Shown in pieces: positions 36,485 to 47,344 of a stretch of DNA of 64,000 bases. Every line of letters starts with the position of its first letter. Within the stretch, counting starts at the first letter, position 1. Below the pieces are notes generated by a model. The model saw only the letters and a list, made by a program, of their open reading frames with translations, did no database searches and had not been told where the DNA came from. The DNA is taken from assembly GCA_014905635.1 (NCBI GenBank), contig JABVCE010000008.1, positions 248,001 through 312,000 of the forward strand. The letters run 5' to 3'. Source of the DNA: Scenedesmus sp. PABB004 (taxonomy: Eukaryota). The position numbers and the translations under genes were made by a program.

Positions 36485-38473
36485 ATGCCGGCGCGGCGGC
36501 ACGCCCTAGCGGCAGTGGCTCTGCTGCTGCTGGCCGCGGCGCCGCGGAGCGCGCCGCAGCAGGCCGGCGGCGCGGTCGGCGCCACGCTGGCGGGCCTGGC
36601 GGCGGGCGGGGTCGGTGGCGCGCTGCAGCAGCAGCCGCGCCCCCACCGGCCGCGCCGCCAGCCGCCGCCGGTGGAGCAGCAGCAGCAGGAGCAGCCGCGG
36701 GAGGTGCAGGCGGTGTGGCTGCAGGACGGCCCGGCGCCGCTGGTCGCGTGGGGCGGCGGCGCCGGCGACGCGCTCGAATCGCCGGACCAGCAGCTCGGCG
36801 GCGACGGCGCCAAGCACAAGGGCAAGACGCCGCCGGCGGTGCCGGGGCCGCCCTTCAGCGGCGGCCGCCCGCCGTACCACCCAGTGTGCGAGCGCTTCCC
36901 GGGGTGCCAGTTCTGCTCCGCGGCCAAGTGCACGGCATGCTGGTACAACTACGGCCTCGCGCGCTTCGTGCTGCGCAACGGGCGCTGCCGTGAGTGTGCG
37001 CGGCGGCTGGGCGGGCGCAGCGCGCGCAGCACGCGGCCCCCGACGCTCGCCCGCCCCCCGCGCCGCGCCGCGCGCAGAGTGCCCGCCGGGCTTTGGCCGC
37101 TGGCCGCTTGTCAACGGCTCCGACCCGACGCAAGACTACCTGCGGGGCGGCAAGGGCATCATTCTGCCGCCCATCGAGGGCCTCCCCAGCTGGGCGGGCC
37201 GCTGCCTGCCCTGCCCCGAGGGCTTCTTCTCGTCCGGCGGCCCCATCGGGCAGGCGCAGTGCGAGAAGTGTGCCAACGGCACGACCAGCAACCGCGCCTC
37301 GCCGCGCTGCAACAGTGAGCGCGCGGCCGCACGGCGCGCGGCGCGCGGCGCACGCGGCGCGGCCAGCAGCCGCCGACGCGCGGCGCGGTGGCGTCGCCCT
37401 GCTGCCGCCCCTCGCGCGCAGTCAACACCGGGTGCCAGCCCGGCGAGGAGCCGGACTTTTACTCGCAGCCGGCGAGCTGCGTGGCGTGCCCGACCGGCTC
37501 GTTCCAGCCGCACCAAAACAGCACAAAGCCGTGCACGCAGTGCCCCGCGGGCTACACGACCAACCAGGCGGACGGGCAGCCCAAGGTGTCGCGCACGCAG
37601 TGCAACGGTGAGCCCGCCAGCGGCGGCGGCGCCAGGCCAGGCGCGGCGCCGGGCCCGGCCCGGGCGCCAGCGCCGCCGCCGCCGTTGACGCCACCGACGC
37701 CGCCGCCGCTGCCACCACGCCCGCGCGCAGTGGTGGTGTGCCCCGGGGGCTGGGAGCTGACCACGTTCCGGCCGCCCAACCCGCTCGCGGACGAGGCGTG
37801 GTGGTGCAAGGAGTGCACGGGCACCAACTACTCGCTCCCTGGGTTCGCCGACCAGGGCACGCGGCAGCCGCGCTGCAAGCCCTGCCCCTACCCGTCGGTC
37901 CCCAACCTCAACCGCACCAAGTGCTTCGAGTGTGAGCGCTGGCCGCGCGCGCGGCGCGGCCGGGGCGGTCGAGCGCGTGGGCGCCGCGCAGCCAGGCCCC
38001 GCCCCCGCGCCCGCGCGCGCACGCCGCGCGCACGCACGCCGCCGCCACCGCCGCTGCCCGCGCGCCCTCCTCCTCCAGGGATCTGCCCGCCGCCGGACGC
38101 GTTCACGATGACCTGCCGCGGCGCGACCAACGTCACGTGCACGCCCGGCGCCGACGCGACGTACCTGCCCTCCTTCTGCACCGCGTCGCCGCCGGGCGCG
38201 GTGATCGAGTGGTTCAAGGGCTACCCCAGCTCGCCGGGCACGCCAGACACGAGCACGGTCATATACCCGCCCCTCGCGGCCTGCCCGAGCACTGCTAATA
38301 CGACAGAGGTCTACTACCCCTTTATCACAGAGTTCAACGGCCGCACCGACTGCCTCTGCACCAAGGACAAGGTCAACTGCCTCTTCGTGAACGGCATCGT
38401 CGTCCCCGGCGACTACGAGCCAATCACGCAGGCCAAGCCGACCGTGTCGGTGCGCGTGACGTCGCCGCCGTGA
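36485..38473 (+). CDS. Secreted Cys-rich protein with ephrin-receptor-like/furin-like repeats
   Basis: Signal MPARRHALAAVALLLLAAAP; GCQFCSAAKCTAC; CLPCPEGFFSSGG..CEKCANG; CVACPTGSFQP..CTQCPAGYTT; CKECTGTNYS; TGA at 38473. Confidence 0.8.
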
Positions 38474-38598
38474 GAGGGCTCGCGGCGGCGGCGGCGCTTG
38501 GCGCGGAGGAGCTGGGCGCGGCCGCTGTGGTCGGGCGCGCGTTGCGTGCGTTGCCCATGAAATGGCCCCCCGCCGCCGCCGCCGCCGCGAGAGGGGCG

Positions 38599-39095
38599 TC
38601 ACTGCTCGCCGCGCCCGCCGCCCGCCGCCGCCGCCTCGGCCGCTCGCTGCAGCTCCCGCTGCCGCGCGGCGGCCCGCCACGGCGGCTCCTCGTCCCCAGC
38701 TGGCTCCTGCTGCTGCTGCCGCCGCTGCTGCTGCTGCTGGGGGTCTGCTGCCGCCGCCGCGGCCTGCCGGGCCGCCATCTCCTGCGGGCGCGGCCGGCCG
38801 GGCAGCGGCGGCGCGTCGGCGGAGTGGGCGCGCACGCCAGCGCTCGCCACCGCTCGCGATGCTGCGCCCGCCCGCACGCGCTGCCCACTCTCAGCGGCTC
38901 GTCAAAGGTGTAGAAGCCGATGCCCACGCCCAGCCTGCGCACGTGCGCGGCGAGCGGCGAGCAGCGAGCAGCGGCGGCGGCGGCGTGAGCTGCCGCAGCG
39001 CGTGGCCGGCGTCCCCTGCGCGCAGGGTGGTGCTGGCCACGCGGGCGAGCTCACATGGAGGCCAGCAGCAGCGAACCATAGCGGCGCAGCGCCAT
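38599..39095 (-). CDS. 89-aa single-pass membrane microprotein, PIGBOS1-like
   Basis: Three in-phase GT-AG exons 39095-39055, 38934-38889, 38781-38599 give MALRRYGSLLLASMLGVGIGFYTFDEPLREMAARQ...GRGEQ*. Confidence 0.7.
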
Positions 39096-39407
39096 TCGCA
39101 GCGCCGAACTGCAAGCGCCGCTGCTGCCGCCGCCGCCGCCGCTCTCGAGCCGTCGCGCACGGTGGAGCTGCTGGGTATGGGATTGACAGCTCGCTGGCCG
39201 CAGCAGGACAGGCCGCCCGCGGCGTGACGCCCGGCGCACGTCATCGACCGCTCACACGCCGCCCCGCCGCGCCGCCTCGGGCCCCCCACGTCCGCCGCCC
39301 CAACCGCCACCACGTGCCACGACGCCCACGCGCACGCACGCCCGCACCTCGCACACGCGCGCCGCGCCGCCGACGCTCGCACTTGCGACCTCGTCGCCTC
39401 GCGCAAG

Positions 39408-40352
39408 ATGGCAGGCGCGACAGCCATCCGCTGGGCGCTGGGCGCCCTGCTGGCGGTCGCGTTTCTTTCCTGGATCCTGCAGCTCATCGGCCTCGCGGGC
39501 CTGCAGCGCGCGTGCTACTCGTCGACCCCGTTCGGCGGCGGCGTCGCGAGCGACGGCTCGCCGCTCGCGGGGTCCCTGCCCCACGTCGGCCTGCGCGGTG
39601 CGCAGCCTCTCCCGCACCGCCGCCTCGCCGCTGCCGCCGCGCTGCGCCGCCACGCTGCGCCGCCGCCGCGCGGGCACGCTGTGCCGTGCTCCCCCGCCGC
39701 GCGCAGGCTTCAACCGCTCCTACGGCTGCCCCGCCATCTACCGCTATTACTGGTTCATGCTGGCCATGCAGGCGCGCTATTTTCGTTCAAGCGGGCACGC
39801 CCAGCGCGCTGAGCCACGCAGCCGCACACTCCCGCGCCGCCGGCGCCGCAGCTCGTGACGCTCATCGGCCTCACCGCGCTCGCGGGCGCGCGGCTGCTGG
39901 CGGCGTCGGCGCTGAGCTGGATGGCCTGGCTCACGGTGCTCACGGTGCTGCACATCCAGGGCTCCGACTCGTTCCTCGCCCTCACGCGCGTGTCGTACGG
40001 CCTGGTGCGCGCCACGCGCCACGCGGCGGCCCGGCGGCAGGTCGGGCGCCGCCTTGTCGGGCCGCGCGCACGCCGCAGCCGCCGCCGCGCCGCGCGCGCG
40101 CAGGGCGGCAACTCGTACCCCTACGGCCGCCTGACCAGCGCGGGGTGGATCATCACCGCCCTGACCAACCTCGGCCTCGTGAGCGCCCCGCGCCCCGCGC
40201 GGCCCCGCCCCGAGCCCGGCTGGCGCGCCGCACCACGCGCCTCGCCCCCGCCCACGCGCCCGCCCACACGCCCGGCGCCCCCGCAGATTTTCCTGCTCGG
40301 ATGGCGCCCCCGCCGCGTGTCGTCGACGCCGGGCGGGCCCATCAAGTACTGA
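39408..40352 (+). CDS. Four-TM membrane protein, LCI1/Sho1-TM-like
   Basis: Spliced product has four hydrophobic segments: ALLAVAFLSWILQLIGLAGLQ, IYRYYWFMLAMQLVTLIGL, SWMAWLTVLTVLHIQ, AGWIITALTNLGLIFLLG. Family assignment is from recalled motif pattern. Confidence 0.65.
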
Positions 40353-40650
40353 GCAGCCACAGCATGCTCGGTCCGTCGAGGTGGCGCCGGCGGAGCGCGA
40401 GGCGGCAGCGGCGGCAGCGCAGCCGCACGCTGCGGGGGCGGGCGGCCCGGCGCCACGGTCGCTGGGGCGGGCGCCCGCGCGGGCTGGGGGGGGGGGCGGT
40501 AGGTTGACCAGGCCTCGGCGGCGGCGGCAGCGGTTGACCAGGCGGCCAGGCGGCGGTTGTCGGGCAGAGGAGTTGCAACCCAGCCGTTGGCTGGCCGCCC
40601 GGCCGCGCGCGCCCCGATGCACGCACGCGCCTCCGCGCCACGACCCAGCG

Positions 40651-41618
40651 TCACGACCAGCGCCGGTTCTCCTCGGTCGGGTCGGCCGGCGTGTACCAGG
40701 CCGGCCGCCCACGCAGCGCGGGGCTGAGGCGATAGTTGAGCAGAACCTCGGTCCCCGCCGCGAGCGGCGCGACCGCAACGAGCCCCACGCACGACACCTC
40801 CTGCGGGCGCACGGCGACGCGGCACGCGGCGACGCGGCGCGCGGCGACGCGGCGCGCTCGGGGCCGCGCGGCGCGCAGCGCAGCGCGCGGGCTGCGCTCG
40901 CGGCCAGGCCGGCGCGCGCACGGTGGTGAGCAGGTGCTCCAGGGTGGCAGCCTGCGTGTAGTCAATGTTGGGGGCGTACGCGCGCGCCCAGGGCTGCGCC
41001 GCCGCGCCGGCCGCGCCCCGCGCCGGCAGCGCGGCCTTGAACGACGCGATCACCACGTTGGGCGCCACGCCCGGCGGCGGGTGGTTGGCAAAGTGTGCGA
41101 GCGCCAGCGGGTGCCGGCCCTCGAGCAGCTCCAGCGCCGCGGCCTCGCCCGTCGTCGGCGTCACCCAGGCGGTCTCCGGGACCGGCGCCGCGGGGCCGTC
41201 GGACGCGGCGACGATGCGCCCGACCAGGCCCTTGCGCGCTGGCGCGACGGGCGCGCGCGCGCCGCTGCCCTGCGAGCGGCGACGCCCGGCGGCGCCCGGC
41301 GGCGCGGCGCGTGGGCGGGCGCGTCGTCGCGAGCGGCCACCCCCGCCGCCGCGCGCCCCGCGCTGCGCCCCCCAAGCCCCACGCGCCTGCGTCGTGCCGT
41401 CGGCCGCCCAGCCGGCGCCCCAGGGCAGCGAGTCGACGATGCCGCCGTCGTAGCGCGCGGTGAGGTAGGGGTTGCCTGCATCAATGCGGGGGTAGCCAGG
41501 CATGCGCCTGGCGGCGCCGCGGGGCGGCGCGGCGCGGCGCGGCGCGGGGCGGGGCAGACTGGAGGGCTCGCACCGCTGGCAAGGCTGGAGGGCTGCGAGG
41601 GCGGCACGTGCACACGCA

Positions 41619-41691
<73 letters not shown>

Positions 41692-42649
41692 GCGTGCGTG
41701 CGTGCGTGTGCGGCGGCGCGCACCGGTAGACCGCCTTCGAGTACACCAGGCCCGGGAACAGCGCGACCAGCGCGCCCGGCAGCGCCGCGCCCTCGACAAA
41801 CAGGCCCAGGCCTGGCGCGCGCGGCGCAGCGCAGCACAGGCGGCCGCGGGCGTCTGCAGCGCGCGGCAGGCGGCGCGGGCGGCGCGCGGCAGGCGCGGCG
41901 TCACCCCGCACCCGCTTGCTGGTGCCCGATCAGCGACGGCTGCACGTCGAGGCTGTAGCCCAGCCGCTGCTGCACCGCCGCGCTCAGCTGCCGCTGGCTC
42001 AGCAGCGGGCCCCCGGCTTGCCCCGCCTTCGCCGCCGGCGCGCCAGGGCTGCTGCCGAGGCTGCCGGCGCCGCCGCCCTGCTGCGGGTGCAGCCGCTGCC
42101 ACGCCTGCTCCAGCGCGGCCGCCGCCGGCCGCGGGTCGCGCGCCTGGCGGGGCAGAGGGCCAGGCCGTGAGCGTCGGCGGGGCGCCGCCGCGCGACGCCG
42201 GCCGCGCCGCGCGGCCGTGCGCTGCTCGCGCGCGCACCTCCACGAGGCAGCCGTGGACGCCGGCCGCGATGTCGGCGAGCTGCTGCTGCAGCTGGGCGTG
42301 CACGTGCGCACGCTGCTCCTCGAACGACAGCCCCTGGGCGCGCTCGATGAGGTGCTCGGTGAAGCCGTCCGGCAGGCGGCCGCCGAGGAGCTTCTCCGCG
42401 TGCAAGCTGGTGAACAGGAAGAGCCTGGCGGCGGCGGCGGCGGCGGTGACGGCGGCGGCGGCGGCGGCGGCGGCGCGTGAGGCGCGCGCTGCTGCGCGCC
42501 GGGCGGAGCAGCTTTGGCTGCGTCGCCGCCGCGCTCGCGCGCCTGTGCACGTCTGCCGCCTCCTGCAGCGCCCGCTTGTCGCCGCCGCCGAACATGCGGC
42601 CGAGCTTGAGGTTGATTGAGCGGTTCAGGTCGCGCAGCCAACGCGCCAT
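40651..42649 (-). CDS. SET-domain protein, SETD9-like
   Basis: QPSLIGHQQAGLGLFVEG..GALVALFPGLVY; NPYLTARYDGGIVD; SET motifs PLALAHFANHP..PNV and GTEVLLNYRLSP; PAWYTP..EENRRWS*. Confidence 0.85.
41620..41708. repeat. Intronic (GCGT)n microsatellite
   Basis: About 20 tandem GCGT units in an intron of the SET gene. Confidence 0.95.
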
Positions 42650-42938
42650 CGGCGCGGCGCGCCGGGAGCAGCGGCGGGCGGGTGGCGGCGCGCGCGGCAG
42701 CGGCTGCCGAGTTGGTGTGTGGCGCAGACCGAGCTTGCGCACCCTCTCGGCGACCGCGGTGGGGGCGTTGAGGCGCAGGAGGCCGTCGCAAGCTCGAGCG
42801 GAGACCTGCGCCCTGCTCGCCGCCCTCTGCTCCCCCGCCGCCCGCTGCCCACGCCTGCCCACGCACCAGTTGCGTGCGGCTCGCAGGCAGCCCCTCGGCC
42901 GCCCCTGGACCGCCACAGCGGCCGCTGGGCGCTGGGCG

Positions 42939-45900
42939 ATGGCGGAGCAGGCCCCGGAGCGGGGCACCGCGGCGACGCCCGAGGCCGTCCGCGACTGGCC
43001 AGGCACGTGGTGGCCGGCGGGGCGGCGCCTGGTGGGGCGCGCTCGCGGGCGGCCCGCGCCCAGCTCGCTGCTGCCCCCGCGCGCCCCGCAGCGGCCCTGT
43101 TCGGATGCCTGGACTACGCAAACTCCCGGCGCGACCCCCAGGTGCGTCGCCGCCCGGCCGCGGCGCCTCGCTGCTGGCGGGCGGCGGCGGCGGCGAAACA
43201 GACGCCGCGCTGCGTACTGCCCCGCGCTGCCGCAGGGCTCCTCCTGGCTCTGGTTCCTCGCCAAGGTGGGCCCCCGGCCTGCGCCGCGCCAGGTCGTCGG
43301 CGCCGCGCAGCCTGACGCCGCCGCCGGGCGCCGCTCGCCGCCGCGCGCGCAGGCGTCGCTGTGCCCCGCCGCGGCGCTGGGAGCGAACGAGACGCTGTAC
43401 CAGCAGGAGGAGCCGGCAGACATCTGCTGCCTGCAGCCCCACTCGCTCTGCGGCCCGGCGTGCAGGCGCGGCGGAGAGAGCTGCGGCGCCGTGCGCTCGC
43501 GCGGCGCCGCCGCGCCAGGCTCGGCCGACCCACCCGCCGACGCGCGGCCGCAGGGAGCTCAACGCGGCGCACTGCGGCCTGGGCAATGAGGGGCTCAAGC
43601 TCTTCGCGCACACGTGCATGCTGCAGGCGGCGTGCAGCTGGTGCGCCCCGCGCGCGGCGCGCCGACGCGTGCACAGCGCGCGGCCAGTCGGCAGCGCCGA
43701 CGCCGCGCCCGCCGACGCCGCGCTGCGCCCGCGCAGCATGTGCCTGGGGCTGCCGCTGGTGGCGTGGCTGGCGGCGCTGCAGCGGCAGCGCGTGGCGGCG
43801 CGGCACGCGGTGCAGGAGGGCGGCGAGCCTTGGTGGGCGGCCGCCGCGTGCTTCCCCCTCAGCCTGCTGCAGGTGCACGCGCTGCTCCACGAGCTGCACG
43901 GCCCGCCGCAGCCGGCGGCCGGCAGCGACGCGCCGGCACTCAAGCCGCCCCGCGTGCAGCAGATGACGGGTGCGCCGGTGCTGGATGCGGCGGGCGGCAG
44001 CTGCGGGGCGTTGTCGGCAGGGCCCGGCCGGCAGGCTGGCAGGCGCTGCCACGCTGCAGGTCACGAGCCGCGCCGCCCACGCCGCCCGCGCCGCCCACGC
44101 CGCCGCGCACGCAGCCACGGAGTCGCTGCTGCAGGCGCCCAGCCAGGCGCAGAGCGTGGCGGGCCCGCTGACCAGCAACATCAGCACGTCCCGGCTGCTG
44201 CGCGCGGTGCACACGCACTCGGTGCGCAGCGAGAGCATCGCGCCGCGCCGCGACGCCGGCAGCCGCCTGGGCGACAGCGTGAGCAGCGACACTTCCTCCG
44301 GCGTCGTCGACAACCCCTATGGCTGCAACGATGAGCGGTGTGGCGAGGACGACGAGGCGCTGCACGAGGGCGCGGCTGGCGCGGCAGCGGCGGCCGCGCG
44401 GAAGCAGCAGCAGGAGCAGGAGCAGCTGGACGTGCCTGGCGGCCTGCCGGCGTGCGCCGGCAGCAGCAGCAGGCTGGCGGCGTCGGTGGAGGGCCCGCTG
44501 CACCTGGGCCCCGCCTGCCTGTCTGCGCGCAGCGTCGGTGGGCGCTGGGAGAGCCCGCGGCCCAGCAGCCACGACGCCGCCGGCGGCGAGGCTGCGCCGC
44601 TGCCGGCGCGGCGGCGCTCGTCAGCGGCGGGAAGCAGCGCACGGCCGCAGCTGCCGCCCAAGCCGCGGTCCAGCCTGCGGGAGCGGCCGGGCAGCGCGGC
44701 GGGCGCCGTCAGCGGCCCGCCCGTGCCGCAGCAGGCGGTCAGCCCCGAGCCTGGCGGCAGCAAGGCTCCATCGCCTGGAGGCGGCGCGCAGCCGGCCGCC
44801 ACTGGCGGCGCTGCGCGCGAGCGTCGCAGCGCGTTCGGCCCGGCGGCGTCCGCTGAGCTGTCCGGCAGCCGGCTGAGCCTCGCTGCCGCCAAGATGCAGC
44901 TGAGCCAGGAAGACGTGCCGCTGCTGGCGATCAAGCCCAGCCCCAACCGGCGCAGCGAGGCCAACGGCCTCAGCGGCACCCGCGGCACGCTCGCCAAGGC
45001 CGCGCTGACGGGCAGCTGGCGCGGGGACGGCCCGCCCGGCGCCGCCAGCGCCGCCAGCGGCGACGTCGCAGCGCCGCCGGCGGAGGCCATCGCAGCCGCG
45101 GCGCAGGAGCAGCGGCAGCAGCTGCTCGAGCCTGCGCAGGTTGGCACGGTGCAGCAGTGCGACAGCATCTGCAACTACGCCAGCTGGCTCGGCGCCGGAC
45201 CGAGCGCCCTGGACCTGGGCGCCGACCCGGCCTCCTGCGGCCAACAGCAGCAGCAGCAGGAGGAGGAGAGCCCGGCGGGCTCGCAGCCGCCCACGCCGCC
45301 GCCGCAGCGCCAGGCCTCGCGCGGCGGCGGCTCGGCCGGCGGCAGCAGCAGCGAGGAGGAGCAGCTGCCACCCATGTGCCGGCAGGACTCCGACCAGCCC
45401 GCCGCCGCGCTGGGCGGCGCTGGCGTCAGCCCCATCGCGTCCGGCGCGGTGGCGCGCAGGGACGCGCGGCGGCCGCCGCCGTCCGTGCTCGCCAGCGCGG
45501 CGCAGGGCGGCAGCAGCGGCGGCGGCGCGCCGGGCGCGGGCGTCGGCCTCCTGGCGCCCCGCGCTCGCATGTCGGACTGGGCCTACATGTCTGACCTGTG
45601 CAACCTGGGCGGCTCGTTCGAGGCCAACTGCAGCGGCGGCCTCGCCGCGGCGCTGGGCCGCCTGGCGGAGCAGGGCGGCCACTCCGGCGGCGGCGGCGCG
45701 GCAGAGGGCGAGCCCAGCCAGGAGGAGCCGGCGGGCACGCCCGCGAACGGCGCGCAGCGGGGCAGCGCGCAGCGGCGGTCGGCGGCCGCGCGGCCGGCGG
45801 CGTCCGGCAGCTGGCCGGACGCCAACCCCAGCCCGTCGTCGACGTCGCTGCACAACACGCTGGAAAGCCAGCCGGCGTCGGGCGGGGCAGCCGCGGCGGC

Positions 45901-47011
45901 CAGCGCGCCCGCGGCGGCGCGCGGCGCGCCCGCCGGCGGCGCCAGCCCTGGGGCGGCCGCGGCCAGCGGCGGCGCGCGCGGCGCGGCTGCGCAGCTGGAC
46001 CGCGCCACGCTGGCGGCCGTGACCGGCACCAGCGGCGCCGAGGCGCTCACCGCTTCGCAGGAGGAGCTCGCGGCCAAGCTCGCGCGGCTCGCGTTTGCGT
46101 CGCCCGGCGCGGCCGCCGCGCTCGCGGCGCAGCAGCAGCAGCGCGGCGGCCACCCGCGCCCGAGCGCCGGCGGCGGCTGGGCGGGGTGCGTGGAGGACGA
46201 GCCCTTCTATCCCACGATGATGAGCGACGTCTGCAACCTCGCAGACCTCGAAGACCCGCTCTTCGGCGGGCCCAGCAGCAGCGCCGGCGGCGGCGGCGGC
46301 GGGCCCAGCAGCGGCGGCGGCGGCGGGCCCAGCGGCGGCGGCGCGGCGCGCGCGGTGGCGGCGGCGGCCGCCGCCGCGCAGCGCCAGTCGCGCCACGCGC
46401 GCGGCGCCGGGGGCAGCGCGGGCGGCGCGCGGCGCGCGCCGCTCGGGGGCGGCTCGTCGGGCGGCGGCGCCGCCGGCCCGCTGCAGCGCGCGCTGCTGGC
46501 GCGCGGCGGGCAGGCGCCGCCGCCGGGCGGCCCGCGTGCGCCGGGCGGGCCGCGCCAGGTCGGCGGGCCGCGCGCGCCCGCGGGCGGCGCCGACTCGTTT
46601 GACTCGTTCGCCCCCGGCGCGGGCGTCAGCTACGCGAGCGTCGACGCCGCGCCGGGCGCGCCGCGGCCGGGGCGGCTGGGCAAGACGTTCACTGTCACAG
46701 ACGGGGGCGTCGTCGAGACGCCCGGCGTGGGCGAGTTTGCCGGCGGCGGCGACGGCGTGGTCGTCGTCAACCCGCTGGCCGGCGGCTCGCCGCTCAAGAG
46801 CCCGCGCCGCGCGGGCGGCGCGCCGCTGCGCTGCGAGAGCGCGGCGGCGGCGGCCGAGCGCGGCGACGCCGACTGCGACGTCGGCGTCGGCTGGCGGCCG
46901 GACTCCGTGTCGCGCGGGTGCAGCCTCGTGCCGGACGAGCCCGAAAAGCCCGGCTGGGCGGCGGTCGTGGACGCCGCGGCGTCGGGCGCGGACGCCGCGT
47001 GGCAGGGCTGA
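42939..47011 (+). CDS. PLAC8-like N-terminal domain fused to a ~980-aa low-complexity tail
   Basis: Small exons give LCPAAALGAN, QRQRVAARHAV, ACFPLSLLQ, PPRVQQM (PLAC8-type pattern), followed by one ~3-kb exon rich in Ala/Gly/Ser/Pro. Confidence 0.6.
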
Positions 47012-47344
47012 GGGTCCGGCGGCGCCAGGGCTTTGCGCCGTTGTGACGCGCGCGCGGCGGTGTGCCTCCGCGCAGCACATCGATCAGGCGAGCATGCCGA
47101 CCACTTAAGCCGCTGCTTCAACGGCTCAGTGACTCCCCTGCAGCCCCGCGCTCGAGACCAGCAGCTGAGCTCCGCACGCCCGCGCACCTGCGCAGCGCAC
47201 CGCCGCCGAGCGATACTGCAGGGAGCGCGTCGCCCGAAGGGCGCCCCGCCAGCCTCCGGGCCCGCACGGCAGGCGCTCGCCGGCAGCGCAGCGGCAGCAG
47301 CGCTCCGCGCCCGGCGCCGGCGCCGCCCCGCGCAGCCGCGAGCC

